DNA from: an uncultured delta proteobacterium
GTDB taxonomy: Bacteria > Desulfobacterota > Binatia > UBA9968
Length of the DNA: 64,000 nucleotides
Assembly: GCA_963745035.1 (NCBI GenBank)
Contig: CAVUVW010000019.1
Span: forward strand, 230,948-294,947
Direction: 5' to 3'
Below, in pieces: positions 29,901 through 41,588 of this stretch (position 1 is its first letter; the number at the start of each line of letters is the position of its first letter). The notes below the pieces were generated by a model. The model was not told the DNA's origin and did not search any database. It saw nothing but the letters and a program-made list of their open reading frames with translations. The translations under genes and the position numbers were made by a program.

Positions 29901-32210
29901 TCAATGTTTCTGGAGCGCCAACAAAATTTTTTCCGCCGTCAGCGGCAGATCATGAGGCCGCACGCCCACGGCGTTGTAAACGGCATTGCCGATGGCCGCC
30001 ATCACCGGCGGCAGCAGCGTCTCGCCGATGCCATGCATTTCATCCGATCCGGGATGCTCCAGCGCCGAAGTGTTGATCAGTGGCGCAATATCCTCAAAAG
30101 ACGGAATATTGTAATCGGCCAAGTTGCTGTTAAGGAGCTGACCGCGGTCGGCGTAGATCATCTCTTCGAACAGCGCTTGGCCCAAGCCAAAAATTGCGCA
30201 GCCTTCCAGTTGCAACTCACATAGGCGCGGGTTGACTACGCGCCCTGCGAACACGCTGGGGCTGAGGCGCAAGACTTTTACTTTGCCGGTCTCTAGGTCC
30301 ACTTCCACTTCACAGCCGATGGCGCCCTGATGCCAGTGGACTGAGCCGACGCCCTGACCCATTTCCAAATCGAGTCCCCCACGTGTGGTAAATGCGCCGC
30401 GGCCGATGAGATTGACCTGCTGGCTGCGCATCGCGACGGCGCCGTAGGGCAGAAAGCGGTTGGCTGTGCCGCGCACGCTGACTCGGCCGTTCTCAATGAT
30501 CAAATCTTGCGCAGACGCTTCCAGCAAAACTCCCGCATGATCCAATAACTGTTGCTTTAAGTCGGCTGCGGCCTGGGTCACCGCACCGCCCATAGAGAAA
30601 GTCGTGCGGCTCGAACTGGTCTGTTGATCGTAAGGCGTCACAGCGGTATCGGGATTCGAAACTGCGACTCTCTCGACGGGAACTTGCATGGCATCGGCGG
30701 CGATCTGTGCCAAGACCGTCTTAGCGCCCTGGCCACATTCGACGCTGCTGATCAACACATCGAGGCTGCCGTCTTCATTGAGTTTGATCGCGGCGGCGGA
30801 AGTAGACGGCGTGATCGTCGCTTTGATGACAAGAGCCAACCCTTTGCCGCGGCGCGTTGCGCCGGTTCGAGTCGAAAGGCGATTGCTGGCGCTCCAACGC
30901 GCATCGCTTGCTTGCCATTGCAGATCGGCGGCGGCTTTATCCAGCAGCTCGTCGAAGTGCACGTCGGTCAGTTTCTCTCCGGTGGCAAACGAATCGCCGT
31001 CGTGGAGCAAATTCTTACGGCGCATTTCAATCGGATCGACGCCAAGGCGCTCGGCGATCATGTCCATCTGACTCTCGTACGCCCAGACGGCTTGTGGCAC
31101 GCCAAAGCCGCGCAGTGCGCCCGCCGGGACGAGATTGGTCCATACCGCATAAGAATCGATACGCACATGAGGGATTTTGTAAGGCCCGGACATGGCCGAG
31201 CCGCCATTGCGTGCGACCACCGGGCCCACGTCGCTGTAGGCGCCCGTGTTGAAGTGCGCTGTCACTTGGCGCGCGACTAGTCGTCCGTCTTTGTTCACGC
31301 CGGTCTTGAGACGAATCGTTGCCGGATGTTTGCACACCGTGACAAATTCTTCTTCACGGCTGAGCACGATCTTCACCGGACGCTTGGCCTTGCGCGCTAA
31401 AAAAGCGGCGATCGGTTCGAGGCGCAGCGAACCCTTGGAACCAAAACCTCCGCCGAGAGTTTCGACGATCACACGCACCCGCGACAGCGGCAAATGCAAC
31501 AGCTCGGCCATCTGCGAGCGCACTGCGTGGGGCATCTGCGTGGAGGTCCAGAGAGTCAGCTTGCCCTGGAAAATTTCCGCCACGGTCACATGCGGTTCCA
31601 GCGGCACATGCTGCGCCGCCGGCGAGCGAAAAACGTCTTCGAAGACGAAATCGGCCTGTCGAAAACCGGCTTCGACATCACCGTGGCGCAACTTGAAGTG
31701 ACTGCACAGGTTGCTGCCGCCCGGCAGGTCCTGAATCAACTGGCTGAAGATCGCCTGCTGCGCCGGCCGCGGGTCGTGCACCAGCGGCGCCTCCGCTTGC
31801 AGCGCTGCTTGTTCGTCAAATACCGCGGGCAGCTCTTCGTAGTCCACCCGTATCAGCGACAGCGCCTCCTCGGCGATTTCATTGGTGAGCCCTGCTATGG
31901 CGGCCACCGGATCACCGATAAAGCGCACTTTGTCGAGGGCGACGACCGACTGATCACGAAAGATTCTGCCGTACTTGGCGCTATAGCCGCTTGCTTCGGC
32001 GAAATCGTCGCGGGTCAGAACCGCGGCAACGCCGGTCAAACGCTCGGCGAGCGAGCCATCGATGTGTTTCAATCGCGCGTGAGGGAAGGGGCTACGCAGA
32101 ATCTTTCCATGGAGCATGCCGGGCAGTTCGACATTGAGCGCATAATTAATGCGGCCGGTGACGCGCTCCTCGGCGTCAATCATGGGCAGGGGTTGGCCGA
32201 TAGCTGACAC
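29901..32210 (-). CDS. Molybdopterin-binding large subunit (L2 of L1-M-L2-S cluster)
   Basis: GGGFGSK, GALRGFGVPQ, VECGQG, SSRTT, HGIGET. Confidence 0.9.
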   Translation of the reverse strand: MSAIGQPLPMIDAEERVTGRINYALNVELPGMLHGKILRSPFPHARLKHIDGSLAERLTGVAAVLTRDDFAEASGYSAKYGRIFRDQSVVALDKVRFIGDPVAAIAGLTNEIAEEALSLIRVDYEELPAVFDEQAALQAEAPLVHDPRPAQQAIFSQLIQDLPGGSNLCSHFKLRHGDVEAGFRQADFVFEDVFRSPAAQHVPLEPHVTVAEIFQGKLTLWTSTQMPHAVRSQMAELLHLPLSRVRVIVETLGGGFGSKGSLRLEPIAAFLARKAKRPVKIVLSREEEFVTVCKHPATIRLKTGVNKDGRLVARQVTAHFNTGAYSDVGPVVARNGGSAMSGPYKIPHVRIDSYAVWTNLVPAGALRGFGVPQAVWAYESQMDMIAERLGVDPIEMRRKNLLHDGDSFATGEKLTDVHFDELLDKAAADLQWQASDARWSASNRLSTRTGATRRGKGLALVIKATITPSTSAAAIKLNEDGSLDVLISSVECGQGAKTVLAQIAADAMQVPVERVAVSNPDTAVTPYDQQTSSSRTTFSMGGAVTQAAADLKQQLLDHAGVLLEASAQDLIIENGRVSVRGTANRFLPYGAVAMRSQQVNLIGRGAFTTRGGLDLEMGQGVGSVHWHQGAIGCEVEVDLETGKVKVLRLSPSVFAGRVVNPRLCELQLEGCAIFGLGQALFEEMIYADRGQLLNSNLADYNIPSFEDIAPLINTSALEHPGSDEMHGIGETLLPPVMAAIGNAVYNAVGVRPHDLPLTAEKILLALQKH

Positions 32211-32227
32211 GAGAAGTTCAACTCCGA

Positions 32228-33091
32228 CTAATTCACGGCGCTCACTTGTTGCATGGCGCGCCGCGCCAGAACGCGAATAATTTGCTTGCGATACCACGCC
32301 GAGCCACGCAGATCAGACAGGGGCTCGATGGCATCCGCATAAGCCTGGGCGATGTCGTCAATCAATTTACCGGATAACTGAGCGCCGCGCGCTTGCTCCT
32401 CGGCGGCGGTAATCTCCTGGGGGATTTCCCCTACCGCGCCGGCTACGAGGCGCAGCTCCTTGCAAGCGCCGTCGGCTCGGGTTTCCAACACCGCCGCCAT
32501 TCCGGCGCAGGGACGATCTTCCGAAGAGCGCGAGACGTATTTGAGATAGGTCGAGCGAGTTCCGGGCTCCGGGTCCGGCACGATGAGCTCGGTCAAGATT
32601 TCGTCGGGCGCCAGGGTTGTCTCATAAAATCCCTTGAATAGGTTCACCAGAGGTATTTCCCTTTCGCCCTTGACGTTGCGCGCTTTCACTCGCGCGCGCA
32701 GAGCGACGAGTACGCAGGGAGGATCGGAGGCGTAGTCCGCTTCAGTCAAATTGCCGCCCACTGTGGCGGCATGGCGCACGCGCACGTTGCCGACCTTGCC
32801 GAAGGTCTCGGCCAACGTCGGCTGCTTATCGCAAATGAGGGGGGACAATTCCGCTTCACGAATCGTTACCAGCGCGCCGATCCGCAGGCCGACGCCCGGC
32901 TCATGGCGGATATTTCGCAGCTCGGACAATCGGCCCAAGCTTAAGAGAGCTGCCGGGGCGATCAAGCGGTTTTTCAACATGATCACCAGCGCGGTGCCGC
33001 CGGATATGATTTTTGTATCCTCGCCTTGCGCGGCAAGCAGGGTGACCGCTTCGTCGAGTGAGCCAGGCTGTAAAAGTTTGACGTTGGGCAT
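32228..33091 (-). CDS. Xanthine dehydrogenase-family FAD subunit
   Basis: SGGTALVIMLKNRL, RVRHAATVGGNL, DLRGSAWYR. Confidence 0.92.
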   Translation of the reverse strand: MPNVKLLQPGSLDEAVTLLAAQGEDTKIISGGTALVIMLKNRLIAPAALLSLGRLSELRNIRHEPGVGLRIGALVTIREAELSPLICDKQPTLAETFGKVGNVRVRHAATVGGNLTEADYASDPPCVLVALRARVKARNVKGEREIPLVNLFKGFYETTLAPDEILTELIVPDPEPGTRSTYLKYVSRSSEDRPCAGMAAVLETRADGACKELRLVAGAVGEIPQEITAAEEQARGAQLSGKLIDDIAQAYADAIEPLSDLRGSAWYRKQIIRVLARRAMQQVSAVN

Positions 33092-33109
33092 GTGGGTTGT
33101 CCGTTTGTC

Positions 33110-35427
33110 TTAGCTCTCTTTGCTCCTTCGTTGCTGTTCCAACGCGCGCAAGATCTTTTCCGGGGTAATCGGCAAATCGAGAAAATGATGGCCGACGGCG
33201 CGGCTGATCGCATTGCCGATCGCCGGGCGCACCGGCGGTATGGAGGTCTCGCCGATGCCGTGCACTTCCGTGACGCCGTGTGGTTCGAGCAAATGAACCG
33301 TCAACGTGGCCGGAACATCCTCGAAAGACGGAATCATGTAATCGGCGAGATTGGGATTGGTAATGCTGCCGTTGGTATCCTGAACGAGATCCTCAAACAG
33401 CACCTGTCCCATACCGATGATCGACGCGCCCTCGATCTGCAGCTCGCACAGGCGCGGATTAATTACTTTGCCGGCATAAAGTTCACCGTGGAGCTTGGGG
33501 ATCTTTACTTGTCCGGTCTCGGTGTCTACTTCGACTTCGCAGGCAATCACTGCCGGATGCCACTCCGCCGAGCCGTAGCCCTGGCCGGTTTCAAAGTCCA
33601 TCACCACCGGGCTGCCATCGGGCCCGGAGCCGGAAACAAACGTGCCGTGACCTAAAAGATTGTTCGCCTTGCTCAAGCGAATGACTTCGACGTAGGAGAG
33701 GGACTTGCCGCCGGCGCCGCGCACCATGATTTTACCGTCCTGCAAAACCAAATCGTCTTTGGCGGCTTCGATCTGCGCGGCGGCGATGTCGAGCAGTTGC
33801 TCGCGAATATCTTTCACCGCTTCACGGATCGCGTTGCCCATGCAAAAGGTCGCACGGCTCGCAGCGGTCATGAGATCGAACGGTGTGAAGGCGGTGTCGG
33901 GCTCGGAAACGCGCACGCGTTCCACCGGCAGGCTCATTTCGCTGGCGGCAATTTGCGCCAGCGCAGTTTTCAATCCCTGGCCCATTTCCACCGAGCTGGT
34001 CAGCACGTTGAGGCTGCCGTCAGCGTTGAGCTTGCACGTCGAGGTCGAAGTCGTCGGGGTCGCCATCCCTTTGATGATCACGGCCAGACCCTTGGCGCGG
34101 ATTTTATTGCCTTCGCGCACCACCAGTGGGCCCTTTTTCCAACCGATCTTTTCGACGGCGCCGGCAATCAATTCGTTGTAGTGCATTTCCGGCATCGGCT
34201 CACCCGTGGTGAACGGATCGCCCTTCTGCAAAACGTTCTTCAGCCTGAGCTCCAACGGATCGAGCCCGAGGGCGTCAGCGATGATATCCATCTGCGTCTC
34301 ATGTGCCCAGGCCACTTGGGTGATGCCGTAACCGCGAAAGGCCGCTGACGGCGCCGTATTGGTGTAAACGCCATAGGAATCCATGTAAAGATTGGGCACG
34401 CGGTATGGACCTGTCGCGGCATAGCCGCGGGTGATCAAATTGGGCGACGTATCGCCGTAAGCACCGGAGTTGTAGTAGCAAAACGCTTCCATCGCGACCA
34501 AAGTGCCGTCGCGTTTGACGCCGGTCTTGAGCTTGATCTTGCACTCGTGCTGCACGCCAAGCAAAAAACACTCAGCCCGCTGCGCGACGATACGCACGGG
34601 CCGCCCGGTTTTTTTGGCCAGCAACACTGCGGCGGGTTCCAATTTGCAATTGAGCTTGGCGCCGAAGCCGCCACCGAGCGTAAAGACGATAATGCGCACG
34701 TCGGCGAGCGGAGCTTTGAAAATACCGGCGATCTGGCGCTGGATGACGTGAGGGTTCTGGCTGCACGTCCAGACGGTGATGCGCCCGTCCGCAACTTGCG
34801 CCACGGTCACATGCGGTTCCAGGGCGACGTGGTTCACCGCGGGCGACAGGTAGGTGTTTTCAAAAACCTCGTCCGATTCGCGAAAACCCTGGGCGATATT
34901 GCCTTTGCGCTGCTTGAATAAATGGACGATGTTGGTGCCGGCGAGAGAACGCGCGCTGACATCGTTGCGCCCGAAGATCACTCGTCTGCGGTCCCGGGTA
35001 GAGAAGCGGCGCGCCCGGCTTGAGCGCTTCCTCGGCATCGAAGACGGCGGGCAATTCCTCGTATTCGACGTCGATCAGCTCGAGCGCCTCGGTAGCAGTG
35101 TCGGCGTCGAGCGGCGGCAACCGCCGCCACCGGTTCACCGACGTAGCGCACGCGGTCCAGCGCCACCGGCGTCTGATCCTGTAGGATGAGGCCAAAATAT
35201 GGATCGATGTGATCGCCGGCCAGGTCGTCACGTGTGAGCACGGCGGCAACGCCTGGATGCTTGAGGGCACGCGAGGCATCGATCTTCACAATGCGCGCAT
35301 GGGCGTGCGGACTTCGCAGCAAGCACGCATGCAGCATACGGGGCAATTCAAAATTCAACGTGTAGTCGATGGCACCGCTCACCCGCAGCGTTGAATCCAC
35401 CATGTGGATCGATTGCCCGACCGCCAT
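33110..35427 (-). CDS. Molybdopterin-binding large subunit (L1; frameshifts ~35110 and ~34990)
   Basis: RSPHAHA, GGGFGAK, AAFRGYGITQ, VEMGQG, ASRAT, HGIGET. Confidence 0.88.
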
Positions 35428-35475
35428 GAACTCTCCCTATAAGGCACTGCCTAAATTCTTGTTTATCACGAAGGC

Positions 35476-35525
35476 GCCCCCTCCTCTGTCCTCCCCCGCG
35501 TTGCGGGGGAGGATGAAGGTGGGGA
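35476..35525. repeat. REP-like nested palindrome
   Basis: cccc-ctcctctg-tcctcccccgc-gtt-gcgggggagga-tgaaggt-gggg. Confidence 0.65.
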
Positions 35526-35527
35526 TG

Positions 35528-36999
35528 CTATTTCAGGATCCAGCCCCAACGCTCTTGAATTTTCTTGGTTCGCTCCGGCGTGCTGATCACATCGCCGGCT
35601 AGCGGATGATTCTTCCACGCAAACGGTGTCGTGGCGTCGATGATCATCCGCGAGTTGGCGTTGAGCTCGCGTTTGTCCGGCTCAATCGCCATGTCGATCC
35701 GGCTTCCTTTGGTATCTTTGATGATTTCGACACTACGCTCCGGATCGCAGCGCGCGACCACCGCCCAGACCACGTCTTGAAGACTGGTCACATCGACGTG
35801 ATCATCGACGACCACCGTCAGCCGGTTCATGTCGATGCCGCCGCCGCATTGGGACGCGATCAGCCCGGCCTGTTTGGCGTGCCCCAGGTATTGCGTCTTC
35901 AGCGAGACCACGGTCATCAGAGCGGTTGCCGGCTTCGGGCGGACACCAGACGCCGCAGACGCCCGGCACCCCGGCTTTTTCCAACTGATCCCAGATCATT
36001 CCGGAGCGTAGATAGACGAGAAAGCGATTGTCTTCATGCGGCGGCTTTCCTTGAGGGCAGCCGAGAATGATCGGATCGTTTCGATGGTAGATACGCTTGA
36101 ACGCGGATGACGCGGTCTTGCGCATAGCCATCCTGGTAGTATCCCATCCACTCGCCGTAGGGACCTTCCTTGGCATACTCGTCGGTAGTGACGAACCCTT
36201 CGAGGGCAATCTCGGCGTGAGCGGGGATCGGTAATCCGGTCAGCTCGCCATGGATGACTTCAATGGGCGCGCCGCGCACGCCGCCCGCCCAATCCAGCTC
36301 GCTTTGACCAAAAATCGGGCCTTCGACGCACGAGGCCAAAAACAACAGAGGATCGGCGCCGACGACCGTGACGATAGGGCAGGGTTGTCCGCGCTTCATG
36401 TACTTTTCCTTGATGATGCCGCCATGATGCGGCGGCGCGGCGCGGATGCCGATGCCATTTTTGTCGAATACTTGATTGCGGTAGGTGCCGACGTTGATGT
36501 AGCCGCTGTCGGGATCGCGCATGATATTGATGCTCGCGGTGCCGATGAAGCGGCCGCCGTCTTCCGGGTGCCAAATCGGCGCGGGGAATCGCGTGAGATC
36601 AACCTCGGCGTCGCGCAAAATGTTTTCCTGTACCGCGCCGCGCTTGACGGTCGTTGGTGGAATCGGCGTAAAGCCTTTGAGCATTCCGCGCCAGAAGTCG
36701 AGCAGACGTTCATGCGTCGCGTCGGCGGGATCGATTCCCAGGGTGACAGCCTGTCGTTTGCGCGAGCCCATACTGTTGGCAAGGACGCGGTAGCCGCGTT
36801 GAAAACTGGGAATCTCATCGAACAGCACACAGGGGCTTTCTTCGCTATGATCGAGCATTTCGGTGATGGCGCCGATGTCTTCCTCGGAATTGGCTCCGGT
36901 GACGCGCTTCAATTCGCCGAGAGCCTCGACCTGAGCGAGCCAGTCGCGCAAGTCCCGCCACTTTGACTGAGCTGTTTGTGCTTCCATGGGCTTGGCCAT
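35528..36999 (-). CDS. UbiD-family (prFMN-dependent) decarboxylase/carboxylase (frameshifts ~36100, ~35920)
   Basis: DLRDWL..VE..GEL, HPEDGGRFIGT, NVGTYR, AEIALEG, EGPYGEWMGYY, VVVDDHVD. Confidence 0.88.
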
Positions 37000-38515
37000 C
37001 TATCGGCCTCCTCTGATGTATGCCAGATCGCCTTCGGACAGCGGCCGGACGTAATCGGTGGGGTTCATGCGCGCCTTCACTTCGGGCGGCACCCGGGTGG
37101 CGGCGGGAAAGTTGCCGGCGGACAAGGGGCGAGTGCAGTCGAAGATCAGTTTGCTCTCCAAGCGTGCCCTTGTCGTCGCGGCGGTAGCCGTAAGTCGGCG
37201 GATTCAAGCGGCTGCCGATGGAATTGTTGATCGTCACCAAGTCCTTGTCGGCTTGAAATCGAGTGGCCAATGCCCACAGCACATCGGCTTCGTTGGTGAC
37301 GTCGATATCGTCATCGACGATAAAAACGTGCTTGGTCGCCGGGCTGTAGGCCATCACCGCGAAGGCGGCCAGATGAGGTTCGCCGTCGGCAACTTTCTTC
37401 ATCGAGATATAGCAATGATTGCGCGCCACACCCGAGATCGGCAGGTAAAGATTTTTGACGTTGGGTACGACATCGCGGGCGCGGTTGAGCAAGAAGCCCA
37501 TGCGCGCCAGGCCGCCGATCGCCGAGTGCTCGCTGCTGGCATTGAAGACATCGACGTAGATCGGATCGCGCCGCATTGTAATGGCCGTCACTTTAATGAC
37601 CGGATAAGGGCCGACGCCGGTGTAATAGCGCGGATACTCACCGAACGGTCCTTCCTCGCGCTGGTTTTCCGGGCTCGGATCGAGCACGCCTTCAATGACG
37701 ATCTCCGCGTGCGCGGGCACATCGAGATCGACGGTTTCCCCGCGCACGACCTCGAGCGGTTGCTGCAACAGGCCGCCGGCAACTTCCAATTCCCCGCCCA
37801 TGCCGGGTGGATTCGTCGTTCCGGCAAGCAACAAACAGGGATGATGCCCGATCGCCATCGCTACGTGCATGGGCTGCTTGCGCTCGCGGTGCTCGACGAG
37901 AATGTAGTTGCCGCCCTGAAAGGCGCCGGTCATGAATCCCACTTCCTGTGGCCCATGCAGCATCGAGCGATATATGCCGGCGTTTTGCACCCCGGTTTTC
38001 GGGTCGCGCAGAATGAACACCGCCGAGGTGATGTATTTGCCGGAATCCAGTTCCTGATGGCGCAAGATCGGCAGCCTGGTGACGTCGGCGTCGGCGCCTT
38101 TCCAGATCACTTGTTTGACCGGCGCTTGCGCGGGATCGATCTGCTTGGTCGGCGTCGGCGAATTCTCGCGCCGACCAAATTCTTCGACCATGCCCTGAAG
38201 TTCGGAATCGATGGCCAGGGCGAGCCGTTCATAGGTTCCCTGCAAGTTGATCAACAGGGGAATCGATGAGCCTTTAACCTTGCGGAACAGTACCGCCGGA
38301 TAATTAGGCCAGCGCGCATCGTTGCGCATCTGGTCTACGATTGCTGTTACTTCGAAAACTGGATCGATTTCCTTTTCCACGACCATCAATTGCTTTGGAT
38401 CATGCTCGATCAATTTTTTCAGGTAACTGCGTAAGTCCTTCGGCACGGTCGATGCTTGCTCGGCCTGGGCGTCGTTGGGCGCCGGTGCCGGAGTGAATGC
38501 TGGCTGCCTTGCCAT
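37000..38515 (-). CDS. UbiD-family decarboxylase (frameshift ~37160)
   Basis: DSGKYIT, NAGIYR, AEIVIEG, EGPFGEYPRYY, IVDDDIDV, ALATRFQADKD. Confidence 0.9.
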
Positions 38516-38568
38516 ATCAGTCTTCTCCCTTTTCTGAGCTCCGCGTGCCTGTCGCGCCGGTGAGCACG

Positions 38569-39536
38569 CTAACGAGCGAGCGACTCCAAAGCCTTTCTCG
38601 CAAAGCTCATGTCCTCTAAATCCTCCGGTGTAAAGGGTTGCGTAATTTTGAGACCCTCTCGATAGATGTCAATTTCGGTCTGCACGAATTCCCGCGGTTT
38701 GGTGCCGTCCTTACTGTAAACCGCCATCACTGTTGCCAAAGCGTGAGCGGCAACGTTGGCGTCAATCTTGTGGATTTTCAAAATATAGTCGATCAGCTCG
38801 CTTTGATTCTTTGGCTCCCGCATATAGGCCATTGTTCGGAGTACGGCGCGGATCACCGAAACTCCCTTTGCCGGATTTTTTTTGAGAGCTTCGGCAGAAG
38901 CTAAAAGTCCGATACCGCTGAGCGGCGAGTAGTCCTTCGCATCCGCCAGCCGGTTGAAGCCTCTTACCTGGCTCTCCTCAGCAAAAGGCGGAGGTAGCAT
39001 CGCCGCGCGCGAGCTTTTTCGACAGTCAGCGCGGTGCGCGAGCTCTCGGTGCTTTGTGTGTAGAAGAAATTAACCACCGACGGATCAAGCCCATTGCCTT
39101 TGAGAATTTCCCGGGCGGCAATGGCGGTGGCGTCGGTTAAGGCGACGGCTCCTACTGATTTGCCGGCGAGGTCGCGGACACTCTTGATTTCCGGAGCCGC
39201 CATCAGAGCAAAGGTTACAAACTGCTGAATGTATAGAATGCGTTTGATCGGCAAGCCGCGCATGGTTGCGGAAATGCCTGCGCCGACGGTTGTCGAGAAA
39301 TCCAGCTCGCCGGCGACCAGCGCGGCGATTGCCGTCGGCGGTGACATCAAGACCAGATCGAGGTCGATGCCCTCGCGGGCGAAAAAGCCCTTGTCCTTGC
39401 CGAAGAACAGCGGCATGGAAGTCAGGCTTTTGGTCGGAATATGAATCAGCGCCCGCGTGTTGGTTTGCCCCGCCCAGCTCAGCAATGGGAACAGTATGGC
39501 AGCGGCGAAGAAACCGCCGGCAAAGTGCAATCGCAT
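38569..39536 (-). CDS. ABC substrate-binding protein (SsuA/NMT1-like; frameshift ~39010)
   Basis: Signal peptide; KGFFAREGIDLDLV, AIAALVAGELDF, DLAGKSVG. Confidence 0.82.
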
Positions 39537-39546
39537 CCGTGAAGAT

Positions 39547-40620
39547 CTAATCGCCAAAGTATAATCTCCGCGGATTGTCGCTGAGCATCGCCGTGACAAG
39601 ATTGGAGTCGAGGTCCTTTCGTTTTCGAATTTTCTCGACGGCGCCCGGAAAGAAGCAATCGTGATGCGGAAAGTCGGACGCAAATACCAGCGTCTCTGCG
39701 CCAACAGTCTCGGCCACGTGAGCAATTGCGCGCTCCTCGAGCTCGAAGGAAACAAAGCACTGGCGGCGAAAATAGGTGCTGGGCCGCTCCTTCAAGTGGG
39801 GCACCTCGAATCGGTAATTTTCCGCATGCTCATCCATTCGCTCCAGCCAATAGGGCACCCAGCCGCAGCCGGCTTCCATAAAGCCCACACGAAGGCGTGG
39901 ATGGCGCTCAAGCACGCCGCCGAGAATCAAGCTCGCCGCTGCGGTCATCTGCTCCATGGGATGAGCGTGCAGGTGGAAAAGACAGTATCGGTCGAAGCGT
40001 TCCGCACCAGCGGTCGGCAGGCGAATCCCGGTGCTGACATGAACCAGAGCAGGGACATTCAGCCGTTCGGCCAGGCTCCAAAGCGGCTCGTAGTCGGGAT
40101 GGTCGAGATTGCGGCCGTCCACCGGGTGAGGCGAAATAAAAAGACCACGGTGGCCGAGCTTGCCCACCGCACGCTCCGCTTCTTCCACTGCATGCTTCGG
40201 CTCCTGAAGCGGAATCATCGCGATGCCTAGAAGTCTTTCTCGACTCGGCGCGCAATGCTCGGCCAGCCAATCGTTGTAGGCGTGAAAGAGCGCTGGCGCC
40301 AGCTTCGGGTGGCGCACACCGCCCAGCCGAAGTGAGTGAGTTGGAAAAAGTGCGACGCTAGCGATGCCTTCGCCGTCCATGACTTTGAGGCGACTCGCAG
40401 GATCGGCAGCCAGCTCCAACAAATCACGCCGGCCCATAGCGGTGATGAATCCGAGGGGAAACAAACGCTCGGGGCCATCGTTGCCGGTGCTGTTGCCGTT
40501 CTCGAGGCCGGGAGTACTTTTGACGATTTCACGCAGAGGCTCGTCGAGATAGCGCAGCCAAATATCGCGTGGCTCGACGACGTGGGCATCGGCATCGATA
40601 ACTTGTTCTGAATGCGCCAC
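39547..40620 (-). CDS. Amidohydrolase_2 family protein (LigW/ACMSD-like fold)
   Basis: VIDADAHVVE, AYNDWLAE, EAGCGWVPY, FASDFPHHD. Confidence 0.9.
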   Translation of the reverse strand: MAHSEQVIDADAHVVEPRDIWLRYLDEPLREIVKSTPGLENGNSTGNDGPERLFPLGFITAMGRRDLLELAADPASRLKVMDGEGIASVALFPTHSLRLGGVRHPKLAPALFHAYNDWLAEHCAPSRERLLGIAMIPLQEPKHAVEEAERAVGKLGHRGLFISPHPVDGRNLDHPDYEPLWSLAERLNVPALVHVSTGIRLPTAGAERFDRYCLFHLHAHPMEQMTAAASLILGGVLERHPRLRVGFMEAGCGWVPYWLERMDEHAENYRFEVPHLKERPSTYFRRQCFVSFELEERAIAHVAETVGAETLVFASDFPHHDCFFPGAVEKIRKRKDLDSNLVTAMLSDNPRRLYFGD

Positions 40621-40630
40621 GATTCTCTCT

Positions 40631-41470
40631 TTAACGCTTCAGCTGATAGTTGATGCTGATGCGTTCCGCGCTATAAAAATCCTCCAAAAATTCCTCCTGC
40701 TTTGAATAGCTGCGATTGGGCACGAGCCGGCCTTCGAAGGAAAGCGGCAAAGGCGAAATATCGAACGGGTAGGGGCGTACGCTCGCTTCCCGTTCGTTCT
40801 GAATATCGATCGTCAGCGTCACGTCAGGTTTTCCCTCGGCCACCGGCACCGGAACGTTGCTCAGTGTGTTCGTCGGACCGTTTTTCCGGGCCTGACTGTT
40901 TAACGGGTACCGGTTGCAAACGAACTGCGCGAACTGATCGAATACCTCCATCAGCTTGAAATTTGTCCAGAGATGAGACTCGTCAAGAAGCTGCGACCTG
41001 CCTGGCTCGGACTCCAGTTGCGCTAGCCACCGGGCGCGCGGTGCCTTTTGCTCGACAATGAAATTTTGCACGGCGGGATCATTGCGATAATCCGGCATGC
41101 TCGGCAAGAGTCCCATACCTTGGGTTAATAGCGCTTCACCGTGCATCGAAACAAAATAGGCGGCATACGGATCGCGCCCGGCGAGCCGTTCTATAGCGTG
41201 ACGATACAGGTCCAGCCAGACGCCTTGCCCCAAGTGTTTGATACTGCCGATGTAGTCGGATGGAAAACCCTGGTCATTGACCGATGGTTTGATTTCCCAA
41301 TCCCACCAGCCGCTGTCGTGTTCCTGCGCCGCCAGCACCATGGAAGAGTAGGGTCGAAGCCTGGCGAATTGATCGTTGCCCCAATGGGCGGCGAGCAATC
41401 CGGCGATGCGCGAATGATCCGTCTGCAGGATCAACAAGAGTCTCGATGCGTCGTAGGGGCAAACCATCAT
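40631..41470 (-). CDS. DUF3891-like protein
   Basis: QTDHSRIAGLLAAHWGN, EHDSGWWDWE, DPYAAYFVSMH, VRPYPF. Confidence 0.75.
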   Translation of the reverse strand: MMVCPYDASRLLLILQTDHSRIAGLLAAHWGNDQFARLRPYSSMVLAAQEHDSGWWDWEIKPSVNDQGFPSDYIGSIKHLGQGVWLDLYRHAIERLAGRDPYAAYFVSMHGEALLTQGMGLLPSMPDYRNDPAVQNFIVEQKAPRARWLAQLESEPGRSQLLDESHLWTNFKLMEVFDQFAQFVCNRYPLNSQARKNGPTNTLSNVPVPVAEGKPDVTLTIDIQNEREASVRPYPFDISPLPLSFEGRLVPNRSYSKQEEFLEDFYSAERISINYQLKR

Positions 41471-41588
41471 AGATTTGGTCCTCCTCGCTCGAATCATAGC
41501 TACGCGCAACGGGGGCGCTTGTCCAATATAAATTATTCATGTTACACATAGAAAAAAGGGTATGTATTGAAACCGTAGAATAAACTCT

